A stretch of DNA of 64,000 nucleotides, taken from Mobula hypostoma. Taxonomy: Eukaryota. The notes beneath the pieces were generated by a model. It was not told the DNA's origin, did not search any database, and worked only from the letters and a program-made list of their open reading frames with translations. The stretch's first letter is position 1. Each line of letters opens with the position of its first letter. The position numbers and the translations under genes are program-made. Shown in pieces: positions 47,726 to 60,781 of this stretch. Where the stretch lies: assembly GCF_963921235.1 (NCBI RefSeq), contig NC_086097.1, forward strand, positions 226,240,001-226,304,000, given 5' to 3'.

Positions 47726-48929
47726 CCTGTTATCTTTACCTCTCATTTTGACAAGTACATATAAGGTTTGTACTCTCAAAATTTCACTTTTGATGGCCTT
47801 CCACTTACCAAGTACACTATTGATAGAAAATAGCCTGTCCCAAATCCACACTTGCCAGATCCTTTCTGATACCATCAAAATTGGTCTTTCTCCAATTTAG
47901 AATCTAAACCCACAGACCAGACCTATCATTTTGCATAATTACTTTGAAACGAATGGCATCGTGATCAATAGATGCAAAATGTTCACCTACATAAACTTCT
48001 GTCACCTGTGTGGTTCATTCTCTAATAGCAGATCAGGTGTTGCATACTCTCTTGTCGGGACTTCTATGTATTGATGAAGAAAACTTCCCTGAACACATTT
48101 GGCAAACTCTATCCCATCTTATCCTTTTATAGTATGGGACTCCCAGTCAACATGTGGAAAGTTAATATCTGGCCTCACTAGCATGTGGCACGAATAGTAA
48201 TCCTGATATCTCAACCTTGGAAGTCCGGCCCTTTAACTTAGCACCTAACTCCACTTAAGAATACTGAGCACTCGATTCTGGACCCTGGCAACCAGGAGGC
48301 AACATACCATCTGGGAATCTCGTTCTCACCCACAGAGCCACCTTTCCGTTCTCCTGTTTAACAAATCCCCTATCACCACAACTCACCTCTTCTGCCTCTT
48401 TTTCTTCTGAGACACAGAGCCAGACTCACTGTCAGAGACCTGACCATCATGACTTCCCTCTTTTAGGTTATTCCCCCCCCTCCCAATAATGTCCAAAGCA
48501 GTATAACTGTTGTTAAGGAGGATAGCCACAGGGGTACTCCGCACTGGCTGTTTAAACCCTTTCCCCTTCCTGACAGTCACACAATTTCCTGTGTCATGCA
48601 CCTTGGGTCTGACTTCTTCTCTATGTGCCCTATCTATCACCTCCTCAGCTTCCTGAATGATCCGGAGTTTACCTGGTTCCAACTCCAACTCTTCAATGCA
48701 GAGTGTTGGAAGCTGCAGCTGGATGCACTTCTCGTAGTTGTAGTGGTCAGGGACCCTTCCTTCCCACATCCTGCAAGAGGAACATTCCACTATCCTGCCT
48801 AGCATCTCTACTGAACAACTATAAAGGAAAAACAATAAATTGTGGAAAGAAAAGAAAACTCTACCTATAGTGTTTCTTTTGTCATCTTTCACTGAAGCCT
48901 CTCCTTGCTGAAACCTCAAACAGCTAAAG

Positions 48930-51440
48930 CCATAAGACCATAAGATGTAGGAGCATCTTTAGGCCATTTGGCCCATCGAGTCTGCTCCACAATTTCATCA
49001 CGACGGATCCAATTTTCCTCTCAGCCCCAATCTTCTGCCGCTCCTTGTATCCCTTCATGCCCTGACCATTCAAGAATCTATCAACCTCTACCTTAAATAT
49101 AAGAACACAATAACATAAGAAATAGGAGCGGGAGTAGGCCATCTGGCCCGTCAAGCCTGCTCCGCCATTCAATAAGATCATGGCTGATCTGACTATGGAC
49201 TCAAATCCACCTTCCTGCCTTTTCCCCATAATCCTTAATTCCCATACTATGCAAAAATCTCTCCGACCTTGTCTTAAATATATTTACTGAGGTAGCCTCC
49301 ACTGCTTCATTGAGCAGAGAATTCCACAGATTCACCACTCACTGGGGAAAGCAGTTCTTCCTTATTTCCATCCTAAATCTACTCCCCCGAATCTTGAGGC
49401 TATGTCCCCTAGTTCTAGTCTCACCTACCAGTGGAAACAACTTTCCTGCCTCTACCTTTTCTATCCCTTTCACAATTCTATATGAATTTTATAACATCTC
49501 CTCTCATTCTGTTGAATTCCAGTGAGTACAGTCTCAGGCAACTCAATCTCTCCTCATAGTCTAACCCCCTCATCTCTGGAATCAACCTGGTGAACCTCCT
49601 CCGCACCGCCTCCAAAGCCAGAATATACTTCCTCAAGTAAGGAGACCAGAACTGCACACAGTACTCCAGGTGCAGCATCACCAGTACCCTGTACAGTTGC
49701 AGCGAAACCTCCCTGCTCTTAAATTTAATCCCTCTAGCAATAAAGGCCAACATTCAATTGCCTTCTTGATAGCCTGCTGCACCTGCAAACCAACCTTCTG
49801 TGATTCATGCACAAGCACTCCCAAATCCCTCTGCACAGCAGCATGCTGTGATTTTTTTGCCATTTAACTAATAATCTGCTCTTCTATTTTTCCTTCCAAA
49901 GTGGATGACCTCACATTTACCAACAGAGTACTCCATCTGCCAGACTCTTGCCCACTCAATTAACCTATTTATATCTCTCTGCAGACTCTCCATATCCTCT
50001 GCACAATTTGCTTTTCCACTCAATTTAGTATCATCAACAAACTTAGATACACTACACTCGGTCCCCTCTTCCAGATGGTTAATGTATATGGTGAACAGTT
50101 GCGGGCCCAGCACTGACCCCTATGGCACACCGCTCACCACTGATCGCCAGCCAGAGTAACATACATGTATCCCAACTCTCTGCTTTCTATTAGTTAACCA
50201 ATTCAATATCCATGCTAATACACCACCCCCAACTCTATGCGTCCTTATCTTAAAGATAAGTCGGTTATGCGGCACCTTATCGAACGCCTTCTGGAAATCC
50301 AAGTAAATAACATCCATCCGTGCCCCTCTATCCACTGCACTTGTTATATCCTCAAAGAGCTCCAGTAATTTTATCAAATAAGACCTGACTTTGCTGAATC
50401 TATGATGCATCTGCTTGATGGATCCATTTCTTTCCAGATGCCTCACTATTTCTTTAATGATAGCTTCAAGAATTTTCCCAACTACAGATGTTAAACTGGC
50501 CGGCCTATAGTTACCTGCATTTTGCCTAAGTCTTTTTTTGAATAGTGGTGTGACATTCACTGTCTTCCAATATGCTGGGACCTGCACAGAGTCCGGAAAA
50601 TTTTGGTAAGTTATCACTAAAAGCCTCTACTGTAACTTCTGCCATTTCTTTCAGTGCCCTCGGATGCACTCCATCAGGACCAGGGAGCTTATCTATAATC
50701 AGGCCCACAAGTTTGCTCAGCACTATGTCTTTAGTGTATCAAGGTACTCACCTCCCATCGCATCCATGACATCTCTCTTGGCATGTTGGGTGTGTCCTCT
50801 ACTATGAAGAATAATACAAAATAGTCATTCAAAGCCTCTGCCGTTTCCTCATTATCCAATATCACTTCCCCCTTCTCGTCCTTCAAAGTTTTCCCATTCT
50901 TCCAGTTTCCCACCACTCTTGGCGACTTTGAATACATGAGCTTTTAGATTGATGCTGTCTTTTACTCCCTTTCTTTTATTTTCTTTCTTTTATTTGTATA
51001 CATAAAGACTTTGCCTCTATGGCTGCTTGCAGCAAAGAATTCCACAGATTCACCACTCTCTGGCTAAAGAAATTCCTCCTTATCTCCATTGTAAAAGGAC
51101 GCCCCTCTTTCTGAGGTTGTTTCATCTGGTCTTAGACTCTCCCACCATAGGAAACATCCTCTCCACATTCAGTCTATCAAGGTATCAAGGTGTTTCACTA
51201 TTTGATTCATTTCAATGAGGTTAATCCTCATTCTTCTGAGTTCCAGCAAATATGCCCCAGAACCATCAAATGTTCTTCATATCACAAGCCATTCAATCCT
51301 GAAATCATTTTCATGAACCTCCTTTGAACCTTCTCCAGTTTTAACACATCTTTTTTTAAGATAAGGGGCTGAAAACTGCTCACAATACTCCAAGTGAGGC
51401 CTCACCAAAGCTTTATAAAGTCTCAACATTACATCCTTAA
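48930..51440 (-). mobile_element. CR1 3' end with a second, longer CR1 (about 49100-50990) nested in it
   Basis: YRPASLTSVVGK, LDFQKAFD, FVDD, LEYCVQFWSPYLRK on the minus strand; two 3' UTRs. Confidence 0.88.
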
Positions 51441-53448
51441 AAAGCCTCAAAAACCTTCCATATATCTTCCTACATAGCCTTTTGGCTGAAATATTTCAAC
51501 AAATATTAAAACAAAATTGCCATGGAAACTCTGTTTGGATGACTTACTCTTAAATATTCTGGCAACAGTACATAAATCTTTATGATTTTCTAAATTCTGA
51601 AATAAAATGTTAGAAAAGGAGACTTCTATATGCTGAGACCAAAGACTAATGGAAACAAACTGAGATCTAATGAAGACATGGGGACATGTGATATTTACCA
51701 ACGTTTACTTATAGATTGCAGAAAAATATCAGAGTGTCTCTACCTATGTATTGCTTCACATACATCATTTTTCATAGCTTCATGCAAAGAAGATGAAAGA
51801 CCTGACCAGGTGAGGTCTTTCTCGGCTGGTCATCCAGGTGAGGACATTCTATTATTTGTCAGGACGCATTGAAGATACCAACCAGTAGTGAATTGAGGCT
51901 CACAGTGTTGTTGTAATTAACTTCTATTAGATCGTCAGGAAAGGTATGACATTACAGGACTGGCTATCACAAGCAACCCACTAAGTGACAGAATTGAGCT
52001 ATAGATCTCTTTCAGAGATAAACTTTGGAACATTGTTGATCCTGAGGGATCATTTATAAACTGTTGGGCTTTGTAGGAAGGAAAATGATTTCTGTGATAA
52101 ATATATGGATTTAAAAAGCAAAGATGTTCGTAAAAAAGCATGATTTTAAAGTGTGTGCACTTGGTTCTGAGATAAATATCCATTTTGAAGATGTGTATGT
52201 GGCATCAACATAGAAGATGCAGTAATCCCCAACCTCATTTCTGGAAATTTCAGAGGTTTGAAATGGCTAAATTGTTTTGGGCAAGGTTCTTCTGTTTCTG
52301 CATTGAAAACTACAATAAAACTGCTGTTTATTTTTCAATGATATCTGCTTTAAGTGCTTTTCATTGCCTATAGTTATTGACAGGGGTAGGGGTTTCATCT
52401 CTTGTGAGCTTGCTGCAAATTAAAGAGCTCATGCACACCTTCGGTCGTAAGTTATCATGAGACTTTATTAAAGGGAAAGATGGGCCTTGATATTTAAAGA
52501 AATGTCTGAGAGTTTGAGACCAGAGGCACCATGATTTGCTGAAAGTGCCAAGGAAATCTTAATGCACAGGTTTGACAGAAGAAGAGATGGCCAACATGCA
52601 TCAGGGCAGGGAGCCCTCTACATGTGATAAATAGGGGGAATAAACAGCAATGCCAGGAGTGTTGGTACAGAAACATTGCTGCACATACCAGAAGACATTA
52701 AACAACTTCTTATGAGGTCTCAAGATAAATGAATTCACCTAACTTTCCATCATGGCAATTTCATCAGCACTCAAATAACTTCACCAGCATCCCCATCTAC
52801 AAAACATCTCAGTGTATCTGATGTTCGAAAGTAGTCAGATTTCAGACTGACAACATTTATTATATAAAAATCTCAGAATGCCATTCTTACTGTCTTCTCC
52901 ACAAAGACAGGGAGACTATCTTGAACTTTCCATGGAAAATATCATCATATAGGGCAAAATAATCACTTCCCCCCCTTCCATCCCTCCTCACCCTCTCTCA
53001 CTCTCCCTCCCTCCCCCACTCCCTCCCTCCAAACTCCCCCTGTCATAAGGTGGTGGCTGGGATCGAACCCAAGCGCAAGACACAGACACTGAAGTACTAG
53101 GGACAGGACTAGGATACCGGGTGAGGGCTAGGACATGGACACAAAAACCAGGAACCCGGAACAGGACTGGACAAGACAGCTAGGAGCCCGGGCTTGGACT
53201 CCGAGGCAGAGGCTGTACAAGGACCCAGTACCTGGGTCTTGCCTCTGGCTCGGACAATAGAACTAGGCAAGGACGAGGCTTGGCAGGCAGGCAGGACGAG
53301 GCTGGAGTCTTCAGGCTTGAGGCTAGAGGCGAGGCTTAGCAGGAGGCAGGAGGCAGGAGGCAGGAGGCTGGAGTTTTCAGGCTTGAGGCTAGAGGCGAGG
53401 CTTGGCAGGAGGCAGGAGGCCAAAGACTTGAGGCGAGTCTTGGGGCTT

Positions 53449-53685
53449 GGCAGGAGGCTGGAGCCTTCAGGCTTGGGGCTAGGCAGGAGGCTGGAGCCTT
53501 CAGGCTTAGGGCTAGGCAGGAGGATGGAGCCTTCAGGCTTGGGGCTAGGCAGGAGGCTGGAGCCTTCAGGCTTGGGGCTAGGCAGGAGGCTGGAGCCTTC
53601 AGGCTTGGGGCTAGGCAGGAGGCTGGAGCCTTCAGGCTTGGGGCTAGGCAGGAGGCTGGAGCCTTCAGGCTTGGGGCTAGGCAGG
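53449..53685. repeat. 33-bp minisatellite, about 7 copies
   Basis: ggcaggaggctggagccttcaggcttggggcta repeated. Confidence 0.95.
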
Positions 53686-53737
53686 CTCCTCTTGGGCAGG
53701 GCGTGGATCACTGGGAGGGCGCGGAGTACCACCCGAT

Positions 53738-53958
53738 GGAGGCAAGGAACAGGAAGGGACAGAACCAACCACAGGTAATGGCAAGATGGCCTGGCTTACC
53801 CGACGGAGGCAAGGGACAGAAAGGGACAGAACCAACCACAGGTAATGGCAAGATGGCCTGGCTTACCCGACGGAGGCAAGGGACAGAAAGGGACAGAACC
53901 AACCGCAGGTAACGGCAAAACGGCTTGGCTTACCTGGGCGGAGGCAAGGGACAGGAAG
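53738..53958. repeat. 67-bp tandem repeat, about 3.3 copies
   Basis: Units start at 53738, 53805 and 53872. Confidence 0.9.
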
Positions 53959-54852
53959 TGAGCTAGGTAATAGTTGCTCCAGGACAAGACTGCAGGTGAG
54001 ACGAGGCGAGAGTTACCAGCAAGACAAGGCAAGGCTTCAGGCAATGCAAGGCAAGACGAGAACTTCAGGTGAGGCAAGAGTTACCGGCAAGACAAGGCAA
54101 GGTTTCTGGCAAAGCAAGGCGAGACGAGAACTTCAGGCGAGGCGAGAGTTACTGGCAAGACAAAGCAGGGCTTCAGGAGAGGAAACAGAAGGCAGTGGAA
54201 GGGATAAAAGGAGTAAGGACAAGAACAATCCAGCAGCCAGCTGCCTTAATTAGTACTTAACAGGAACAGAAACAGGGTAGACAGGAAAACCTGAGCAAGG
54301 GTCAATGGACTGGACTGTGAACCGGAATACGGACTTCACGGACCGGACCATGACACCCCCTCTCAGTCCCCCTCCCCCTCTCTCCTTCTCCCTGATTTGA
54401 TGGATGATCTTTTCTGATCTGCTTGGTTGCAGTTCACCTCCGACCTGCTTTCAATTGATTGTGATCTTGTTTTGTAGGGTTGTAGGGTGAGTGGGCCATC
54501 CTCCACCTACTCAAGGGGCTTTGTGAGTGAGTCTTGGTCCAGACCACCCATGTGATAATGCTGGGCTCTGTCCTCACCATCTGGGATGTGGATGGAATTT
54601 GCCAGCAAGTTAGTTGGACAATCCACAAGATCTGTTCATATGTCAGTTGTGAGCCACAGCAGTTCACTGCTGTACATGATTATTTATTACTTTGTTTATA
54701 ACAAGGTATTGCAGGCTGCTTGAGCACAAAAGCACGCTGCTAGTAGTATAACTATTGCCAACCCTCTTACACTGTCGCCCGTCTGCCACGCAATATCATC
54801 CATTTATATAGTACCTTTAACAGAGTATTCATGCCATACATCAAAGCTCACA

Positions 54853-55460
54853 GGTTCAAAATGCAGAGCAAATTTATTACCAATGTACATACATTCTATC
54901 CTGAGATTTATTTTCTTGAGGCTATTCACAGTAGATAGAAAGAAACACAATAGAATCAATGAGAAACTGCACACGGCGAAGATGTACAAACAACCAAAAT
55001 GTAAGAAATTGTGCAAATAAAAAAAGGAAATGAAACATAAATAATAATATACAAATAAATAAATATCAAGATCAAGAGTAATAGGGTCCTTAAAAGTGAG
55101 TCCATAGGTTGTGGCATCAGATCAGTGCTAGGATGAGTGGTTATTCCCTCTGGTTCAGAAGCCTGATGGTTGAGGGGTAATAACTGTTGGTGTGGGACTT
55201 GTTGCTCCTGTACCTCCTTCCCAAAGGCAGCAAGGTCCTTGATGCTAATTTCATGAAACAATGCTCCCTGTAAATGCGCTCAACAGTAGGAGGGCCTTTA
55301 CCTGTGATGGACTGGGCTGTATCTGTTACATTTAGTAGTGTTTTGTTTTCCCCTGTTCAAACGCATTGCTATTTCCATACCAGGTTGTGATGCAACCAGA
55401 CAGTATACTCTCCATCACGCATCTGTAGAAGTTTGCCAAAGTTTTAGCTGACATACCAAA
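54853..55460 (-). mobile_element. Rex1-type 3' portion
   Basis: Homologous to 85-520 and to 3427-3630. Confidence 0.8.
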
Positions 55461-56200
55461 ATGAATGCTAATATTGCATTTGCCTTCCTTACCATTGTCT
55501 CAATCTACAAGTTAACCTTCAGGGAATCCTACACAAGGACTCCCAAGTCCTTTTATACCTTTATTCCTTTAGAAAATAGCCTACACCTTTATTCCTTCTA
55601 CGAAAGTGCATGACCATAAACTTCCCTACAATATATTCTTTGTCTATTATCCTAATCTGCCTGTTCTTCTGCAGACTCCCTGCTTCCTCAACACTATCTG
55701 CCCCTCCACCTGCCTTTGTGTCATCCGCAAACTTGATTACAAAGCCATTAATTCCACCATCCAAATTATTGGCTTATCAATAGGTTTCAGTAGGTGCATT
55801 TAATGTCAGGAAAAGTGTATACAATATAGATCCTGAAATTCCTTTTTTCACAGACATCCACAAAAACAGAGAAGTGTCCCAAAGAATGAATGACAGTTAA
55901 AACATTAGAGCCCGAAAGTCCCTCCTAACTCACCCCTCCTACACACAAGCAGCAGAAAGGCAATGACCCCACCCAACCCCACCAGCAAAAAAGCATCAGG
56001 TGCAAGCAAAGCATTCACCATTTAGTTCCATCTAAACCTTTGTTCCACCCTTTCTCCCAATATCTCGTGTGGCACCTTGCCAAAGGCCTTCTGAAAATCC
56101 AAGAATACAACATCCATTGGCTTGTTATTTCCTCAAAGAATTCAAATTGATTTGTCAGGAAAGACTTTCCCTTAAGGAAACCACATTGAATTTGGCCTAT
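55460..56200 (-). mobile_element. Decayed CR1 RT pieces with a nested family B fragment (55778-56000)
   Basis: GFVIKFADDTK; GFLKGKSFLTN; DFQKAF. Confidence 0.8.
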
Positions 56201-56204
56201 GGAA

Positions 56205-58320
56205 TGGCATCGGATGTTCTGTTGTAACGGTAGACAAATTGGAGCAGATCCTGGTCTCACAGGACAGGTATTGATACGTTTCATCACCAGCCTCTCAAAG
56301 CACTCATCTCAGTGGATTTAAGTGCTACTGGATGATAGTCTTTGAGACAGGCTACACGTTCTTGGGCAAAAATATAATTGAAGCCAGCTTGAAGTAGATG
56401 GGCACTTCAGACCACCAAGGCGGGAGGTTAAAAATATCAGTGAACACACCAGACAGTTGAATAGTACAGGTCGTCAGTACTTGGGTAGGAGCTCCATCAG
56501 GGCCAGATGCTCCCCTGAGTTCACCTTCCTGAAGGATGCTCTCACATCATTCTCAGAGACTGAAATCACAGGGTCATTGGGGACTGCTGTCTCTATGATT
56601 TGTTGGTCAAAGCAAGCATAAAATGCTTTGAGCTCATCTGGGAGCAAAACCATATTTGTCATATACAGTGTGTCTTTTTGTGTCACTTTTCAGGAGGTGA
56701 TAGCATCGCAGCCCTGCCACAGCTGTCGAGCATCCTTCTGTGATTCATATTTGGTGCAGAGGAGGGCGGAGCAAAGTTAAGATGGCGCTAAATGGCCACT
56801 CCTTTGCTTGCATCTTCCGAAAGAGCTCTATTTCTATCTTTGATGTCTCTTTTTTTTCCTTTTCAAAGTTCTTTTGAAGACCCTTACCTAGAGTTATACT
56901 CTGACTTCAGTTCTTTGTGGGAATGGGACCTGCTCTCAGCACCTCACGACCGGCCACTTTTTGATATCCCAAGGATGCGGCTTGGAAGACTAACGCACCT
57001 TCAGGGTGCTGGATTTTCGTGGCTCTGTAAACAGGCTGATTCAAGGCCTGTGCCCCTGACTGAGGCGTCGTGGGAGAACAGGGAACATCGGGATCAGCGG
57101 GTTAGCTGCCGGCTGTGTCTCCAGCGACCTGAGCCCTTCCAGGGCCGATCTTCAGGGCACAGAGCTCAGAAAAAGTGACGCAACAGATTTTTAACATATA
57201 AATCAGCAAGTTGTTGGCTATGTCTCCTGTCTCACTGTGAAACGGAGACACCTATTTTTCTCTTATTAGGAAGAGAGAGAGAGCCTATGGTATGTCAAAT
57301 TACCGGGTGAACGAGTGGTCTTTGGGATACTGCAAGTCTGTATTGATGCTTTGCTGCATGCCTGAGTGCTCAGTGGAGGGTGCTGATGCTTTTTTTTTAA
57401 CTGTTGGAAGAGGGGGGAGGTTGTTGTCTTGGTACTGTTTGTGTATGGGAGAGGGGAGCTGCGGGGGGGCTTTGGGGTTCTAACATTTAACTGTCATTCA
57501 TTCTTCGGGGCACTCCTCTGTTTTCCTGGATGTCTGCAAAGAAAAAGAATTTCAGGATGTATTCTTCTCAGGATATGCATTTTTCCGACATTAAATGTAC
57601 CTATTGAAACTATGGAGATTTGTCTCTTAACATGTGAGATGGCTTTCTGGAGGTCATACCTGAACACCTTGTACTTCACTTGGTCATCAGACCTTAATGT
57701 CACTGATCTGGTCCTTGGTAGTTTGCAGATCTGCTGTTCATCCAGAGCCTCTGACTGGGGAAGACTCTGAATAATTTTGTGGGGATACACTCGTCTATGA
57801 TGGTCCTTATAAAGTCTGTGACAACCATGATGTATTCATTCAGATCCTCTGTTGTGTTCTTGAACATTCTCCAGTCCACCAGTTCGAAGCAATCCCACAG
57901 CCAGTCCTCTGGCTCCCTCCACCACCTCTTTGTTGTCCTTACTTCTGGAGCCCTTCTCCTTTGCCTCTGCCTGTGTGCAGGTAGGGGAAGGACTGCCAAA
58001 TGATCAGATTTCCCAAAATGCAGTCTTGGGATCGAACAGTAGATATAGTAAAATAGTGGTTGAGTGTGTTGGGACTCCTGGTGTTGCAGTGATATGTTGA
58101 TGATATTTGGACACAGATTTTGTCAAACAAGCCTGATTGAAGTTCCTGACAGGCAGTCTGTCTAGGAGAAGGAAAACTCCAATACTCAACCTACAGCTAT
58201 GCAGTCATCAGAGCTCGCTGTGTCATTGTGGAATGTCCTCCGGCCTAAAGAGTAGCCTCGCTCTGCACGCACCGAACCTCACTATAAACCTACATGGCAG
58301 AAAGAACGATCATGCTGTCA
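56205..58320 (-). mobile_element. Decayed Rex1-type LINE (endonuclease-to-RT region)
   Basis: LPDELKAFYACF; DCFELVDWRMFK...VVTDFIRTIIDECIPTK. Confidence 0.8.
56762..57612 (+). mobile_element. Non-coding retroposon (family B) starting with AAGATGGCG
   Basis: Inserted in the Rex1; its 3' 240 bp recurs inverted at 55778-56000. Confidence 0.65.
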
Positions 58321-58469
58321 TTCCTGTGGACTTTTCTACCCTCCTGATCGTCACAAATGAAAAACCAGCCATCAAATAATCAATCATCAGAATCATGGAG
58401 TTTTACCAGGGTCACTGGAGCTCTGAGGGAGCAGTTGTGCCCCTGGGCCTCCCCTCTTACTGTGGAGAT

Positions 58470-59075
58470 TTAAACTGTTCGTGTTACCTAAAACTTTGAC
58501 AAACTTCTATAGATGCGCAGTAGAGAGTATCCTGACTGTTTGCAGCATGACTTGGTATTAAAGCACCAAAGCCTGGGAACACAAAATTCTATAGAGGGTG
58601 GCGGCTACAGACCAGCCCATCAGAAGCAAAGCCCTCCCCACCATTGAGCACATCTACATGCAGTGCTGCCACAGGACAACATACGTCCATCACCAAGAAC
58701 CCCCACCATCTTGGCCATGATCTCTTCCGGTCACTGCCATTGGGCAGGAGGTACAGGCATTCAAGTTCAGGAACATTTATTACCCTGTAAGTACCAGACT
58801 CCTGAACTGGATATCTTCACTCACTACAACTCTGCACAATCTACAGACATATTCAAGGACTCTACATCTCAAGTTTTCTGTATTACTCGATTTTCATTTG
58901 CATAGTTTCGTGTTTTTTTACATATTGGTTGCTTTCAGTCCTTGTTTGTGCATAGTTTTTCATAAATTCTATTTTATATCTTTACTTTCCTGTAAATGTT
59001 TGCAAGAAAATGAATCTCAAGGTAGTATATGGTAACATATGTGTACTTTGATAATAAATTTTAATTTGACTTTGA
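58470..59075 (+). mobile_element. Rex1-type 3' portion
   Basis: Homologous to 46960-47720; ataataaatttta...tttga tail. Confidence 0.8.
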
Positions 59076-59431
59076 TCCTTGCATGTCTAAGCAATACTGA
59101 CTGAATGCAATGTCAAGATTGGAAGTTCTCCTTAGCTGAGGAATGCTGGCTCTTGTTTGAGCACTTGCTCTGACACCTTAACTACAATTAACCAACGCTG
59201 CTCAGACCAGCCATCAAATAGTATGTTTTATTGTTATCTGTAGGGCCCAGTATCACACAACCTGAAGTCCTGCACAAGTCAATAGCATTTTATAAGTATA
59301 TCCTTATCAACAGTGTTTCAACATCACTTAAATCTATGGATTTTTCCACAAGTACTGAGACAACTGAACAAACCTTTTGCAGTCTAATTGCTTGAGTGGC
59401 GTAACCTAAGTATTGGACAATTGTACACTAA

Positions 59432-59945
59432 GCAACACACACAACACCCTGGAGGAAGTCAGCCGGCCAGGCAGCATCTGTGGAAAAGACTGAGACCTTT
59501 CTTCAGGACTGGGGAGGAAGGGGGAAGATGTCAGAATAAAAAGGTGGGAGTGGAGAAGGAAGTTGGCTGGAAGGTGATAGGTGAAGTCAGGTAGGTGGGG
59601 AAGGTCAAGGAATGGAGAAGAAGGAATCTGATAGGAGAGGAGGTTGGACCGTAGGAGAAAGGGAAGGAGGGGACCCAGGGGGAGGTGATAGGCAGGTGAG
59701 AAGAAATAAGAGAGCAGAGTGGGGAATAGAAGAGGGGAGGGGGATGGAAAACATGTTTTTACCTGAAAGAGAAATTGATATTCATACCATCAGGTTGGAG
59801 GCTACCCAGACAGAATATAAGGTGTTGATCCTCCACACTGAGGGTGGCCTCATCTTGGCACATTGGAATGGGAATGGGAACTGGAGTTAAAATGTTTGGC
59901 CATTGGGTAGTCCCACTGGTGCAGAGGTGCTCAATGGAGCAGCAA
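59432..59945 (-). mobile_element. Penelope-like element 3' fragment (pLTR plus GIY-YIG C-terminus)
   Basis: Homologous to 62230-62810. Confidence 0.75.
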
Positions 59946-60492
59946 GTCTGCTAATCATAAATAAATAAATACAATACAATTTTCTTTCATCAAAAAGTAA
60001 ACCAAATGAATCAAATATGGTGCAAAGAAAAATAATTTCTGTCCCATAGTAATTAAATTAGCTGAATGCATAATGATTTATCAATGCCTAACATTAACAC
60101 TGAGAAGCATACATGCCAAGAAATCTATCCCCAGGTGGTATATAGTCGGAAATTGTGGAAGTATCATGGAACACACAGCTGCTATTGTACAGCACAGTTA
60201 GAGCTAATCACTCAGGGCTGAAGTTCTAGGCTAAGCACAATGTTAACAATTTGTTTTAGGTACTCTTGTCAATTTCTGCTGTTTAATGATACTTAAATAT
60301 TATTAAATAATATTCAGGAAAAACTACAATATGATTTAGACAAGGGTGCCTTCACAGCTCAATTAAAGGCTTAGCTTTGTCTGAATTATACAAAAAAATG
60401 TCATGGATGAAACACTGAAGTTTGAAATTCCATCAGCCACACTAGCTGGCAGTGTGGATAGCGAAGTATAATGTCCAGCCAGTACCATAGTG

Positions 60493-60781
60493 CATTGGAC
60501 TAGCGACCTGAAGGTCGTGAGTTCGAGCCCCAGCCGAGGCAACGTGTTGTGTCCTTGAGCAAGGCACTTAATCACACATTGCTCTTCAATGACACTGGTG
60601 CCAAGCTGTATGGGTCCTAATGCCCTTCCCTTGGACAACATTGGTGTCGTGGAGAGGGGAGACGTGCAGCATGGGCAACTGTTGGTCTTCCATACAACCT
60701 TGCCCAGGCTTGCGCCCTGGAGAGTGAAGACATTCCAGGCGCAGATCCATGGTCTTGCAAGACTAACGGATGCCTTTACTT
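60493..60781 (+). mobile_element. tRNA-derived SINE, 5'-truncated
   Basis: B box gagttcgagccc; tgtgtccttgagcaaggcactta central motif; TSD taccat(a/g)gtg at 60483-60492 and 60782-60791. Confidence 0.8.

Larger units (their letters stand above)
43290..48920 (-). mobile_element. Old CR1 (pieces 43290-43710, 46191-46890, 47725-48920) fragmented by nested insertions
   Basis: 3' UTR at 43290; ORF2 pieces (EPWISKDIE...KSPGPD); ORF1 remnant VECSSCRMWE at about 48800. Confidence 0.8.
53041..54355 (-). mobile_element. Solo LTR (1315 bp) with internal tandem repeats; orientation tentative
   Basis: TGTCAT...ATGACA inverted termini; CCCCC flanks on both sides (5-bp TSD). Confidence 0.8.

Noticed and set aside
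53109..53778. 219-aa and 194-aa repeat-protein ORFs on opposite strands
   Set aside because: They arise from a stop-free 33-bp minisatellite inside a solo LTR; no evidence of a gene
53449..53958. CRISPR-like repeat array
   Set aside because: Head-to-tail tandem repeats without unique spacers, no cas genes, eukaryotic context
60493..60540. tRNA gene
   Set aside because: Only a partial tRNA-like head followed by a SINE body and TSD; the same applies at 24470, 42960 and 61860
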